A stretch of 64,000 nucleotides of DNA from Mobula hypostoma. Lineage: Eukaryota. This document shows, piece by piece, positions 35,741 to 49,164 of the stretch. Positions within the stretch are counted from its first letter, which is position 1; each line of letters opens with the position of its first letter. The notes under the pieces were generated by a model that was not told the origin of the DNA, made no database searches, and worked only from the letters and a program-made list of their open reading frames with translations. The DNA is taken from positions 234,114,001 through 234,178,000 of the forward strand of contig NC_086097.1 of NCBI RefSeq assembly GCF_963921235.1, read 5' to 3'. The position numbers and the translations under genes are program-made.

Positions 35741-38700
35741 TCCAGCCAGGGTCCGCAATATCTTGGATCGAGTTCTCGATATTCTTAGGAAGGAGGGTGG
35801 GCAGCCAGATGCTGTGGTCCATGTTGGGACCAATGACATGGTTAGCAAGGAGGAGGAGGTCCTGCAAAGAGAGTTTAGGGAGTTGATGCAAAGTTGAAAG
35901 ACAGGACCTCCAGGGTTGCAACCTCAGGATTGCTACCCGTGCCACATGCTAGTGAGGCTAGAAATAGGAAGATAATGCAGCTAAATACGTGGCTAAGGAG
36001 ATGGTGCAGGAGGGAGGGCTTCATGTTTCTGGACAATTGGGCTTTGTTTAAGGGAAGGTGGGACCGGTTCCGACGGGATGGGTTGAACGTGAACTGGAGG
36101 GGGACTAACATCCTTGCGGGAAGGTTTGCTAGTACTGCTCTGGGAGGGTTTAAACTAGATTTGGCGGAGGGGAGGAACCAGAGTGTTAGTGCAGATAGTG
36201 AGGTGGAGGAGGATAAAGGTCATGCAAGAACTGCAAGTATAGTGCATGGAGTAAAGCCAAATCTAACATATAAAGAGGCTTTGAGGGAAGAGAAGCAGAA
36301 TAAATGGTGTAAAGACAGTAAGGTAGAAGGGCTGAAATGTGTGTACCTCAATGCAAGAAGCATCAGGAACAAAGATGATGAACTGAGAGCTTGGATACAT
36401 ACATGGAATTATGATGTAGTGGCCATTACAGAGACTTGGCTGGCAGCAGGGCAGGAATGGATTCTCAATATTCCTGGATTTCAGTGCTTTAAAAGGGATA
36501 GAGAGGGGGGGAAAGGGGAGGAGGGTTGGCATTACTGGTCAGGGATAATATTACAGTTACAGAAAGGGTGGGTAATGTAGCAGGATCCTCTTTTAAGTCA
36601 GTGTGGATAGAAGTCAGGAAAAGGAAGGGAGCAGTTACTCTACTGGGGGTATTCTATAGGCCCCCTGGTAGCAGCAGAGATACCGAGGAGCAGATTGGGT
36701 GGCAGGTTTTCGAAAGGTGGAAAAATAACAGGGTTATTATCGTGGGTGACTTTAACTTCCCTAATATTGATTGGCACCTGATTAGTTCCAAGGGTTTAGA
36801 TGGGGTAGAGTTTGTTAAGTGTGTCCAGGACGGATTCCTGTCACAGCATGTTGACAGGCTGAATAGGGGGAATGCCATACTAGATCTAGTGTTAGGTAAC
36901 GAACTGGGTCAGGTCACAGATCTCTCAGTGGGTGAGCATCTGGGGGACAGTGACCACCGCTCCCTGGCATTTAACATTATCATGGAAAAGGATAGAATCA
37001 GAAAGGACAGGAAAATTTTTAATTGGGGAAGGACAAATTATGAGGCTATAAGGCTAGAACTTATGGGTGTGAATTGGGGTGATGTTTTTGCCGGGAAATG
37101 TTCTATGGACATGTGGTCGATGTTTAGAGAGAGGAAGATAAAGAATGGTAGGGTGAAGGAACCATGGGTGACAAGCGAGGTGGAAAATCCAATCAGGTGG
37201 AAGAAAGCATTGCCCAAAAGGTTTAGGAAGCAAGGATCAGATGGGTCTGTTGAGGAATATAGGGTAGCAAGAAAGGAGCTTAAGAAGGGGTTGAGGAGAG
37301 CAAGAAGGGGGCATGAGAAAGCCTTGGCAAGTAGGGTAAAGGAAAACCCCAAGGCATTCTTCAATTATGTGAAGAACAAAAGGATGACAGGAGTGAAGGT
37401 AGGACCATTTAAAGATAAAGGTGGAAAGATGTGCCTGGAGGCTGTGGAAGTGAGCGAGGTCCTCAATGAATATTTCTTTTTGGTATTCACCAATGAGAGG
37501 GAACTTGATGACGGACAGGACATTATGAGTAAGGTTGATGTTCTGGAGCATGTTGATATTAAGGGAGAGGAGGTATTGAAGTTGCTAAAATATATTAAGC
37601 CGGATAAGTCCCCGGGGCCTGACGGAATATTCCCCAGGCTGCTCCATGAGGTGAGGGAAGAGATTGCAGAGCCTCTGGCTAGAATCTTTATATCCTCGTT
37701 GTCCACGGGAATGGTACCAGAGGATTGGAGGGAGGAGAATGTTGTCCCCTTGTTCAAAAAAAGTGGTAGAGATAGTCCGGGTAATTATAGACCAGTGAGT
37801 CTTACGTCTGTGGTGGGAAGGCTGTTGGAAAAGAAAATATCAGACTTGTTAGACACGACCTGCCCTTCACAAAGCCATGCTGACTGTCCCTGATCAGACC
37901 ATGATTCTCTGAATGCTCATAGATCCTATCTCTCAGTAGGATCTATGAGCATTCAGAGAATCATGGTCTGATCAGGGACAGTCAGCATGGCTTTGTGAAG
38001 GGCAGGTCGTGTCTAACAAGTCTGATAGAGTTCTTTGAGGAGGTGACCAGGCATATAGATGAGGGTAGTGCAGTGGATGTGAGCCACATAGATTTTAGTA
38101 AGGCATTTGCAAGGTTCCACATGGTAGGCTCATTCAGAAAGTCAGGAGGCTTGGGTACCATGGAAATTTGGCCAGATGGATTCAGAATTGGCCTGCCTGC
38201 AGAAAGCAGAGGGTCATGTTGGAGGGAGTACATTTGGATTGAAGTGTTGTGACTAGTGGTGTCCCATAAGGATCAGTTCTGGGACCTCTACTTTTCGTGA
38301 TTTGTATTAACGAACTGGATGTGGGGGTAGAAGGGTGGGATGGCAGGTTTGCAGACGACACAAGGGTTCGTGGTGCCATAGATAGTGTAGAGAATTGTCG
38401 AAGATTGCAGAGAGACTTTGATAGGATGCAGAAGAGGGCTGAGAAGTGGCAGGTGGAGTTCAACCTGGAGAAGTGTGAGGTGGTATACTTTGGAAGGACA
38501 AACTCCAAGGCAGAGTACAAAGTAAATGGCAGGATACTTGGTAGTGTGGAGGAGCAGAGGGATCTGGGGTTACATGCCCACAGATCCCTGAAAGTTGCCT
38601 CACAGGTAGATAGGGTAGTTAAGAAAGCTTATGGGGTGTTAGCTTTCATAAGTCAAGGGATAGAGTTTAATAGTTGCGATGTAATGATGCAGCTCTATAA

Positions 38701-39238
38701 AACTCTGGTTAGGCCACACTTGGAGTACTGTGTCCAGTTCTGGTCACCTCACTATAGGAAGGATGTGGAAGCATTGGAAAGGGTACAGAGGAGATTTACC
38801 AGAATGCTGCCTGGTTTAGAGAGTATGGATTATGATCAGAGATTAAGGGAGCTAGGGCTTTACTCTTTGGAGAGAAGGAGGATGAGAGGAGACATGATAG
38901 AGGTGTACAAGATATTAAGAGGAATAGATAGAGCGGACAGCCAGCGCCTCTTCCCCAGGGCACCACTGCTCAGTACATGCGGATATGGCTTTCAGGTAAG
39001 GGGTGGGAATTTCAAGGGGGATAATAGAGGAAGGTTTTTTACTCAGTGCATGGTTGGTGCATGGAATGCACTGCCTGAGTCAGTGGTGGAGGCAGATACC
39101 CTAGTGAAAATTAGAAGACTACTAGACAGGCATATGGAGGAATTTAAGGTGGGAGGTTATATGGAGGCAGAGTTTAAGGGTTGGTACAACATTGTGGGCC
39201 GAAGGGCCTGTACTGTGCTCTACTATTCTATGTTCTAT
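35741..39238 (+). mobile_element. Long CR1 LINE: ORF1 SGNH/GDSL esterase C-half + ORF2 (APE endonuclease, RT), degenerate
   Basis: VHVGTND, FLDNW..RDGLN (esterase); YLNARSIRNK, ITETW, FYRPP, GDFNFP, SDH (APE); KSPGPDGI, NYRPVSLTS, FADDT (RT); 3' tail. Several stops and frameshifts. Confidence 0.95.
37838..38027. repeat. Perfect 91 bp inverted repeat with 8 nt spacer
   Basis: 37838-37928 is the exact reverse complement of 37937-38027. Confidence 0.97.
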
Positions 39239-39247
39239 GAATATCTC

Positions 39248-40700
39248 ATCCAGTCACCGGGACTGGACAAGATATACCCCAGCCTACTGTGGGAGACTAG
39301 GGAGGAGATTGCTGAGCCTCTGCCAATGACCTTTGCATCAGGATGGGGATGGGAGAAGTTCTGGAGGGTTGGAGGGTTGTTCCCTTATTCAAGAAAGGGA
39401 GTAAAGACAGCCCAGAAAATTATAGACCAGTGAGTCTTATTTCAGTGGTTAGTAAGTTGATGGATAAGATCCTGAGAGGCAGGATTGATGAACATTTGGA
39501 GAAGCATAATATGACTAGGAATAGTCAGCTTGGCTTTGTCTGGTGAGCCTAATTGAATTTTTTGAGGATGTGACTAAACACATTGATGAAGGTAGAGCAG
39601 TAGATGTAGTGTATATGGATTTCAGTACAGCATTTGATAAGTTACCCCATGCAAGGCTTATTGAGAAAGTAAGGAGGCTTGGGATCCAAGGAGACCTTGC
39701 TTTGTGGATCCAGAATTGGTTTGCCCACAGAAGGCAAAGTGTGGTTGTAGATGGGTCACATTCTGCATGGAGGTCGGTGACCAGTGGTGTGCCTCAGGGA
39801 TCTGTTCTGGGACTCCTTCTCTTCGTGATGTTTATCAATGTGCTGGATGAGGAAGTGGAGGGATGGGTCAGTATGACACTAAGTTTGGAGGTTTTGTGGA
39901 TAGTGTGGAGGGCAGTCGAAGGTTACAGCAGGACATTGAAAGGATGCAAAACTGGGCTGAGAAGTGGCAGATGGAGTTCAACCCAGATAAGTATGAGGTG
40001 GTTCATTTTGGTAAATCAAATATGATGGCAGAATACAGTACTAATGGTAAGACTTTTGGCAGTGTGGAAGATCAGAGGGATCTTGGGCTCCAAGTCCATA
40101 GGACACTCAAAGCTGCTGCGCAGGTTATCTGTGTGGTTAAGAAGGCATACAGTGTATTGGCCTTTATCAACCGTGGACTGGTCAGACCCCACTTGGAGTA
40201 CTGTGCTCAGTTCTGGTCTCTTCACTACAGGAAGGATGTGGAAACTATAGACAGGGTGTAGTGAAGGTTTACAAGGATGTTGCCTGGATTGGGGAGCATG
40301 CCTTTTGTGAATAGGCTGAGAGAACTTGGCCTTTTCTCTTTGGAGCAATGGAGGATGAGAAGTGGCCTGATAAGATGTTGAGAGACATCGATCGTGTGGA
40401 TAGTCAGAGGTTTTTTCCCAGGGCTGAAATGGCTAACACGAGTGGGCACAGTTTTAAGGTGCTTGGAAGTAGGTACAGAGGAGATGTCAGGGGTAAATTT
40501 TTTACGCAGAGTGGTGAGTGTGTGAAATGGCGGAGGTGGATACGATAGTGTCTTTTAAGAGACTCCTGGATAGGTACCATGGAGCTTAGAAAAGTAGATG
40601 GCTATGAGAACACTAGGTAATTTCTAAAGTAAGTACATGTTCGGCACAGTATTGTGGGCTGAAGGGCCTGAATTGTGCTATGGGGTTTCTCTGTTTCTAT
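39248..40700 (+). mobile_element. CR1 LINE, 5'-truncated, degenerate
   Basis: [35 protein letters not shown] and the 3' UTR. Confidence 0.9.
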
Positions 40701-41485
40701 AACTAGTTGTGATGTATCATTCAAACTTTAATGATTGTGGTTGTCAGCTCTGTCTGACAATGACAGGTAGCCTGTGCAGGAGAGCTTTTAAAGTGGAAAA
40801 GCCATTTCCCTGCAGCATTTCCATTGTATTGACTTCAGAATTCCACGTCCTGTGGTATGAACAAGCGGTTAAAATAATGTAGAACACCGTACATCAGAAT
40901 GGTCAAGAGTCAGGTATTTAATCACGTTTGTGCACAGTACACTCCTTGCTCAGAACTGAATTCTCACAATGCTGTGATAGCAAATCAGTGTTATTGGGAA
41001 TAACTTGTCGAATCCAGGATAATATCCAAGGATTGTGCAGGATAAGGAAGTTAACTCATTTTTGCCAGTTACAATACTTGACCTGAATGAAGTCATGTTA
41101 TTTGCAATACAGTGTGTATCTTGAGTGCTACCAGGTAAAATTGGGTTATGCTTCTCTCCGGCAGGAAAATCATCAATCCCTCATTTTAAAGCATGTTTTC
41201 ATTTCTCTCCATTCACTGAAAATATTGAATTTAAAAGAACACTGTTCCAATTCATGCTTGCTGAGGTGGCCCGCTGCAGAATGTTCTGGAGGCTGCCCGT
41301 TTCTTCAAGGGACTTTGCAACTGATCATTAAGAACTTGGGTGAAGTTCACAAAGTTCAAAGTTGAAAATTCAAAGCTCAAGGTGAATTTATTATCAAAGT
41401 ACATATTCTATATGTTACCATTTACTACCTTGCAGGCATTTACAAGGAAAATGAAATACAATGGAATTCTAGGAGAAAACTACAG

Positions 41486-41571
41486 GGTCTCGGCCTGAAA
41501 CGTCGACTGTACCTCTTCCTAGAGATGCTGCCGGGCCTCCTGCGTTCACCAGCAACTTTGATGTGTGTTGC
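41486..41571 (+). mobile_element. Penelope tail stub beginning inside the hammerhead
   Basis: GGGTCTCGGCCTGAAACGTCGACT...GTGTGTTG with TSD AGAAAACTACAG (41474-41485) / AGAAAACTGCAG (41572-41583). Confidence 0.85.
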
Positions 41572-41829
41572 AGAAAACTGCAGTTCATAGTTTAGACTTC
41601 AAAGTTCAAAGTAAATTTATTATCAAAGTACATATATGTCACCATATACAACCCTAGAGTCATTTTCTTGTGGATATACTCAGTAAATCCACAAGATAAT
41701 ATTAACCATAATGGAATCAATAAAAGAGCTCACCAACTGGGAATTCAAACAGTGTGCAAAAGACAAGAAACTATGCAAATACATAATAATAATAATAATC
41801 ATCATCATAGTAATGTATTACTAATTGAG

Positions 41830-42455
41830 GAGACATGTTAGAATGCGAATGGGAATGGAAAGTAGAATTAGAATACGTGGCCACTGGTAGATCCCACTTT
41901 TTCTAGCAGATGAAGCATATAGGTGAAGCGTAGCGCATGTCAGTCTATGGTCTCCTCTACTGCCGCAATGAGGCCATACTCAGGTTGGAGGAGCAACACC
42001 TTATATTCTGTCTGGGTAGTTTCTAACCTGATGGCGTGAACATCAATTTCTTGAACTTCCGGTAATGGTCCCCCTCTCCTTCACCATCCCCCTTTCCCAT
42101 TTCCATCAATCACCTTATTTCCTTACCTGCCCATCACCTCCCCACCCCCACCCCTCCCCTTTCCATTTGTCCCATGGGCTTCTGTCCTCTCCGATCAGAT
42201 TATCCCTTCTCCAGCCCTTTATCACCAATCGACTTCCCAGCTCTTTATTTCACCCCTCCCCTCCTCCCGGTTTCACCTATTACCTGGTATTTCTTCCTCC
42301 CCTCCCCTCACTTTTTACTCTTGACCTCATCTTTTTTCTCCAGTCCTATGAAGGGTTTTGGCCTTCCATTGATGCTGCCTGGCCTGCTGACTTCCTCCAA
42401 CACTTTGTATGTGTGGCTTGGATTTCCATCATCTGTAGATTTGCTCTGGTTTGTA
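41830..42455 (+). mobile_element. Penelope 3' end with short inverted GIY-YIG piece upstream
   Basis: 41830-41925 is antisense GIY-YIG sequence. 41950-42455 is the sense GIY-YIG end plus pseudo-LTR, with the hammerhead partly deleted at ~42342. Confidence 0.75.
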
Positions 42456-43417
42456 ATGGTCTGATTGGTGGGGTTTTGATGATAGACGCTGCTTTCTTGT
42501 GGCAGTGCTACACGTAAGTATATTCAATTAAATATACTTTAGTTTGAACCAGCCTCCTGGCGTTTCAACCATGATTTTACTTAACCGTTGATGATAACTC
42601 ATAGCTAAAAGTCTCTGCTTTCTTGCTTTGACGAGCACTAACTGGATCATTGGAGATTCCAGTTTTATAATAAAGCAGCAGATTCTAACTAAATAGCTTT
42701 TTGAAAGCAAAGCCATGCTTATAACTTCTACTTTGATTTACCTCCAGATTAGATTATAAAACCAGCTCCAATTCTTTCAATTAGATTGAAAGCCATCCTA
42801 AGTACTAATGCAATCACTTGCTGAATATCTGGCAGATTAACATAGCGTGATAAACTGCTATTGCCTTGTCTCCTGATCCTCTGTGCACTTGACCCTCATC
42901 ATGTTCCACAAGAAGTATATAAAATTTGACCAGACTTCATACAAGTCCTGCATCTACAGACGATGAGGAATAGCATTTGTCACAACAAGCTATTATGACA
43001 TAATTTTGCTTCAAATCTGCATAGTGAAAGCCATGTTAACAGTTGCAATTATGTATTTCCAGCTCTTTTATATTTTTGTCAGCAATTTTGTTGGAAACAG
43101 AATTTCTGGAGTTATTCAGTTTCAGAGTGAATTACATTTAATTTTAGTTACAATTAAATTTCCTGTTCTGGCAGATTTTATGGAGCACATTACATTTTCA
43201 TCTGGTGATTTGGCAGACCTATTGATCACAAGCTAAGGCGCAAATCATGTCTGACCAATGATAATTACCTCAAGATTTCATTGGAAACAACTGTTTAAAT
43301 ATTTTTAACATGAATTTTTTTTTTAGCAATTGCCATTTTCTTGTTACACTGATTTCAAGTTATTGAAATGTTAACATTAGCTCCTTGAAGTGAAAAGGAG
43401 ACAGTATATCAATTAGT

Positions 43418-43722
43418 ATAGAAACATAGAAACATAGAAAATAGGTGCAGGAGTAGGCCATTCGGCCCTTTGAGCCTGCACCGCCATTTATTATGATCAT
43501 GGCTGATCATCCAACTCAGAACCCAGCCTTCCCTCCATACCCCCTGACCCCTGTAGCCACAAGGGCCATATCTAACTCCCTCTTAAACATAGCCAATGAA
43601 CTGGCCTCAACAGTTTGCTGTGGCAGAGAATTCCACAGATTCACCACTCTCTGTGTGAAGAAGTTTTTCCTAATCTCGGTCCTAAAAGGCTTCCCGTCTA
43701 TCCTCAAACTGTGACCCCTCGT
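43418..43722 (-). mobile_element. CR1 3' fragment, young subfamily
   Basis: Near-identical to the 23115-23425 reverse complement. Confidence 0.9.
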
Positions 43723-44053
43723 TATGTATATCATAATAACATTGGTCCTTTGGCCTTATCAAACCATACTGCATTTTTACCTCAGACTTCATGAAGTTAA
43801 AAGAAAAATGAACTCAAAGATACTAAGAAACAGCTGAACTAAATTCTGCGTTGTCCTGACAGAGCTCAGTACCAACAATCTTAATAACTTGTAATTAGCT
43901 GGATAATTAGGTGGATTGTACTCCAACACGAGAAGATCCTGGAACATATAGACCAGTTTTCCTATGTCAAGAGATACCTCTCAGTGAGGGAGAAATTAAT
44001 AATGAAATTAACGCCACCTGTAGCATTAACCACCAAACAAGGGAATTGGGGAG

Positions 44054-44499
44054 CTGGATTGGGGAGCATGCCTTATGAAAGCAGGTTGAGTGAACTCGGC
44101 CTTTTCTCTTTGGAGCGACAAAGGATGAGAAGTAACCTGATAGAGGTGTGTAAGACGATGAAAGGCATTGATCATGTGGATAGTCAGAGGCTTTTCCCCA
44201 GGGCTGAAATGGCTTGCATGAGAGGGCATAGTTTTAAGGTGCTTGGAAGATGGTACAGAGGAGATGTCAGGGGTAAGTTTTTTTTACGCAGAGAGTGGTG
44301 AGTGCATGGAATGGGCTGCCGGCAATGGTGGTGGAGACAGATATGATAGGGTCTTTTAAGAAACTTTTGGATAGGTACATGGAGCTTAGAAAAATAAAAA
44401 GCTATGGATAACTCTAGTAATTTCTAAGGTAGGGACATATTCGGCAGAACTTTGTGGGCCAAAGGGCCTGTATTGTGCTGTAGGTTTTCTATGTTTCTA
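44054..44499 (+). mobile_element. CR1 3' fragment
   Basis: GLGSMPYESRLSELGLFSLE... and tail; same subfamily as 33459-34668. Confidence 0.88.
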
Positions 44500-45203
44500 A
44501 GGCAAAGTGTTTTTAAAATATAAAGAATTCAAATCCAGTTTTGAGCTCCTGGCCTACTGAGTAGCAGAGATTTCCTTTCCTGCCCATTAAAAAAAAACAC
44601 ATATGTAGCCTATATTAGATATCTCAAATCATTGGCGAGCTATCATCACCAGTTGTTCCACAGAATCTTCCAATCAATTGGCAGGAAACCTGAACAATTG
44701 TCCTTTCGCAGGTCAGCACCCCCAACACAGTTCACACAGTCCACTCCAATTCCAGTGGGGAGGAGATCATGCATGTCATAGGCTCTTAAAACGCTCACCC
44801 AATTCCAAGTTCTATCAGTGCAACAGATTTTCCGGAAGGCCAAGAAAATGCTTCAGGGAGATCTCGGAGTTCCCTTACAACCAACTCACAGGAATCCTTG
44901 CCCTACGACCGCCTAGGGCAATAAAGGCACACCCAGAAAGCACTGAGCATCCCAGTTTTTATGACAGATTTTATGATGGAGGCACATGGAAGCCAAGTAC
45001 AAACACAGGAATGCCCGACATCTAATACAATTCACTTATCTGCTTTACCAAGTATCTTCTCCATTCCTGCTGCGGAGGGTATAGGACTCTGCAACCACTT
45101 TAAAGCAAACTGCGTTGGAGTGGAAGGAGTCCTCCTTAACTCCAAAGGACTACCTTATAAATGATGACTTTTGAATTTTGGATCCTATTGAGTAATTTTT
45201 TAA

Positions 45204-45478
45204 AGATAAAGATCATCCTTTATTGTCACATGTACATTGAAATATGGAAACAGAATGAAATGTGTTATTTGTATCGATGACCAACACAGTCTGAGGGTGA
45301 AACCATAGTGCCGTCATGCTTATGGTACCGTATGACATACCCACAACCCACTCACCCTAACCCATGCACTTTTTGGAATGAGGTACGAAACCAGAGCACA
45401 TGAAAGAGACCCACCCAGTCATGGCAAGGTCTTGTAAGTTCCTTGAGATAGCAATGGGAATTGAAGCAGAATCTTGCA
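45204..45478 (-). mobile_element. V-SINE-like element
   Basis: Antisense counterpart of 7960-8288 (TTTATTGTCACATGTACAT tail, GGGAATTGAAGC B-box). Confidence 0.55.
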
Positions 45479-45480
45479 TT

Positions 45481-45840
45481 AATACTTTATACTTTATTGT
45501 CGCCAAATAATTGATACTAGAATGTACAATCATTATAGCGATATTTGATACTGCGCTTCCTGCTCCCTGGATTACAAATCCATAGTAAATATTAAAAATT
45601 TAAATTATAAAACATAAATAGAAAATATAAAAATGGAAACTAAGGTAGTGCAAAAAGATTGAGATGCAGGTCTGGATATTTGGAGGGTACGGCCCAGATC
45701 AGGGTCAGGATCCATTCAGCAGTCTTATCACAGTCGGAAAGAAGCTGTTCCCAAATCGGGCCGTATGAGTCTTCAAGCTCCTGAGCCTTCTCCTGGAGGG
45801 AAGAGGGACGAAAACTGTGTTGGCTGGGTGGGTCGTGTCT
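45481..45840 (-). mobile_element. Rex1/Babar-type 3' fragment
   Basis: Near-identical to 4552-4905. Confidence 0.78.
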
Positions 45841-46557
45841 TCTCATGTTTTTGCTAAAATTAATTTACGCATTATGTATGTATTTATGAACTAAGTAAAC
45901 CTGTTTGTAAAGTCAAAGGGGAAAGACAATCCAGGATAAAACACAAGTTACATTGTCTGCAAGATCTTTGGAATGCCTTTTGCTCTTTGCTGGAGTCATA
46001 GCTTGCATCTGGACAACTAAATTGACCACACTGCTTCCGATTATTCAGAGAAGAAGCCTGCCAATTCTCAAGCTTTTGCTTAATTTATTGAAAATAATGC
46101 ACTAATTCTTCAGGCCAAATTATGCACTGTTAATATTTCCATCACAAATAACACATCTGTAAATCTTCAGTCAAATTAAAATTAACTCTGATCAATGTCC
46201 CAGTCATGTTCCCTACCTGGCCTGTCACCCCACCCAAACACATTTTATCAGAAACTGAAAAAGCAACCTTCTTGGATGAACCATGTTGTTGTGTTTCACC
46301 ATGTCTCGGACTTTAACTGTGACTGACTTTACTTGAAGAGAAAATATAAATGGTGCCAGTTCCAGTTACATCAGGTAAGAATTCAGCTTCATTGTTTTCT
46401 AAGCTGAAGGAAGCACCCTTTTCACTTGACTGTTTTATAGATCCAGAGATTTTATTTTTGTTATGTACTGGTGTGTTCATTAGCAGGTTAGGGTTGAGGG
46501 GTTCACTTCTTTAGAGATGGGTTGTAAAAACTGTAATTGTTGAGCCCACCTTTGTAT

Positions 46558-47373
46558 GTAGAACATAGAGTCATAGAACTCTGCAGAACAGAAGCAGGCC
46601 CTTCAGCCCCTCTAGCCTGTACTGAACTATTAACCTGCCTGGTCACATCAACCTGCACCTGGACCATAGCCCTCCCTCCATACCCCTCTCATCCCCCTCT
46701 CATCCATATACCTATCCAAATTTCTCCTCAATGTTGAATCTAACTTGCATCTACCACTTGCTGTGGCACTTCATTCTATTCTCAACATCCTCTGAGCGAA
46801 GATCTTCCTCATGTTCTCCTTAAACATTTTACCTTTTACCTTTCACTCATGACCTCACATTCTAATCTTACCCAACCTCAGTGGAAAATGCCTGCTTGTA
46901 TTTACCTTTTATTCCCCATTCTGGCCTTACCTGCCTTTTGCTTCCCCGTGGACCCCCTCCTCCTTCCCTGTCACTGGTCCATTCTCCTCTCCTTTCAGAT
47001 TTCTTCTTCTCCAGCCCTTGACCTTTCCCACCCACCTGGCTTCACCTATCATCTTCCAGCTAGCCTCCTTCCTCTCCCGTCACCATTTAATTCCGCATCT
47101 TCCCTTGTCCTTCTGAAGAAGTGTCTCAACCTGAAACTATCTATTCACGTTCATAGATGCTGCCTGACCTGCTGAGTTCCTTCAGCATCTTGTGTGTGTT
47201 ACTTTGTATTTATCCTATCTATACCGTTCATAATTTTGTATACCTCTATCAAATCTCCCCTCATTCTCCTACACTCTAGGGAATAAAGTCTTAATCTATT
47301 CAGCCTTTAACTCAGGCCTCAAGTCCTGGCAACATTCTTGTAAGTTTTCTCCACACTCTTTCAGTTGTATTGA
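46558..47373 (-). mobile_element. CR1 3' fragment containing a Penelope tail (46905-47203, +)
   Basis: CR1 antisense sequence resumes after the PLE. TSD TTGTATTTA at 46896-46904 and 47204-47212; decayed CTGAAGA..GAAAC at 47113-47137. Confidence 0.78.
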
Positions 47374-48216
47374 TGTAAGTGAATTGGACAAGCATAACAG
47401 ACAGAATATCTATATTTGCTGAGAACACAAACACTTTTGCTTTTCTAATAAAACACATAAAGAGAAGAAAAATGACAAAGCGGAATGGGCAGACAGGAGA
47501 CAGATAAGATTTAATCTGTAGGAAATGCAGTAAATATATTGATGGAAGTATTCTAAAGGAAGTGGATGAAAGGATATGCACAAATAAATCATTTTTGCAT
47601 GGTACAGTGGGAAAGGACAGCATGCATGATGTGTTCTGAGAAGGAGCATCGAATAGAAGAGCAAAGGGATCGTGACAAATGTACCCAAGGCAGAGTTTAG
47701 CCAGACTATTGTTTACTGTTTGAAATAGCTCATTATTAAAAGGTCATTAACGTCACAGAAAGTGTAGCTTCATGGTGAAAGTATAGTTATGAAGATAAAT
47801 TTGACTGGGACAATTTATATTACTGCAGAGAACGTGTAAATGGATTATTATAGTTCACATTAATGAGGATATTATTTCGTATATAAGGAGAAAAGAAAGA
47901 TAAATTCCTTTTGTTTGGAGATCACAAGCAGAGAAATCAACAATTTAAAGTCATCATAAATGATGTTTTGGAGTGTTTTGAATCAAGATTAACTGGTAGA
48001 AATTTTAATATTGTTTCACGAGTCCACTGGAGGCTGGAGCCCAAGAGGAACCCTGTCCTCAGGTTAGGGGACTGTGTGAGTGGGTCGGGGAGTGGGTGGT
48101 AGGGGGAGATAGGGGCTTGTTATACTTTTGTTGTTTTGTTGCTGTTGTAATGTCATCATTGTTGTTGTTTGTGTTGTTCTGTTGAACACTTGGGGGCATA
48201 TTAAGTTTATTATTAT

Positions 48217-48752
48217 GATTATGATTATGAGAACACGTAGTCCCCTCTTATTGTCATTTAGTAATGCATGCATTAAGAAATGATAAAAATGTTTTTCCAG
48301 AATGATATCACGAGAAAACATGACAAACCGGCTTAAAAACTAACAAAAACCACATAATTATAACCTATAGTTACAACAGTGCAAAACAATACCGTAATTT
48401 GATAAGAACAGACCATGGGCACAGTAAAAGTCTCAGAGTCTCTCGAAAGTCCCATCATCTCACGCAGACGGTAAACCTCCAGTGCCGCCAACTTGCCGAT
48501 GCAGCATCCTGGAAGCATCCGACCACAGTCCGAACCGAGTCCATCCGAAAAACTCCAAGCCTCCGACCACCTCCCGACACCGATGCACCAAGAACCATCT
48601 CTGCCAGGCGTATCGACCCCGGCCCCAGCAACAGGCGATATGCAAAGCCGAGGATTAGCAGCCTATGTCTCCGGAGATTCTCGATCGCACAGTAGCAGCG
48701 GCTGCGAAGCAGGTATTTCAGAAGTTACTCCAGATGTTCCTCTGCACTTTCA
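48217..48752 (-). mobile_element. Non-autonomous non-LTR element, copy 1 (5'-truncated)
   Basis: Reverse-complement homolog of 51240-51800. Confidence 0.75.
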
Positions 48753-49164
48753 CTGCTATTGGCAGTTTGCACCAATATGCGCGATGACCCTTGCAGACTA
48801 CCCCATCACATACTTAGGTTGCGTTGGTTGTTCATACAAACAAGGCAGTTCACTGTATCTTTACAGTGAATCTGTAACCTGAAAGTAAATCTGAAGGTAC
48901 AGCAACAAAGGGAGAAACATTATTGTAATTTTTATTTACACATTTTCAGGACAAGGGAAACCTTTGAGGTCAAAGTTTGTCTTTTATAAGGGCAAGTTCC
49001 AAAAGCAATTTGCAAGGTATTAAATATATTTGTTCAGTACAGGAATTATAACAACCTATTTGTATATAGCCAGATTCCATAACCAGCAATGTGATCATGG
49101 CCATAGAATTATTCTCAGGGATGTGGGAACTTTGGGAGCAAATCTTGCCAGAAGTGAGTCAAGA

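Noticed and set aside
35894..36580. 228 aa ORF suggesting an esterase-endonuclease fusion
   Set aside because: Read-through from CR1 ORF1 into ORF2 in a decayed copy with frameshifts on both sides; no evidence of a functional fusion.
44640..45130. Possible ancient Tx1/L1 ORF2 C-terminal remnant (DWKILWNNW)
   Set aside because: Only one weak motif; cannot be supported without a profile search.
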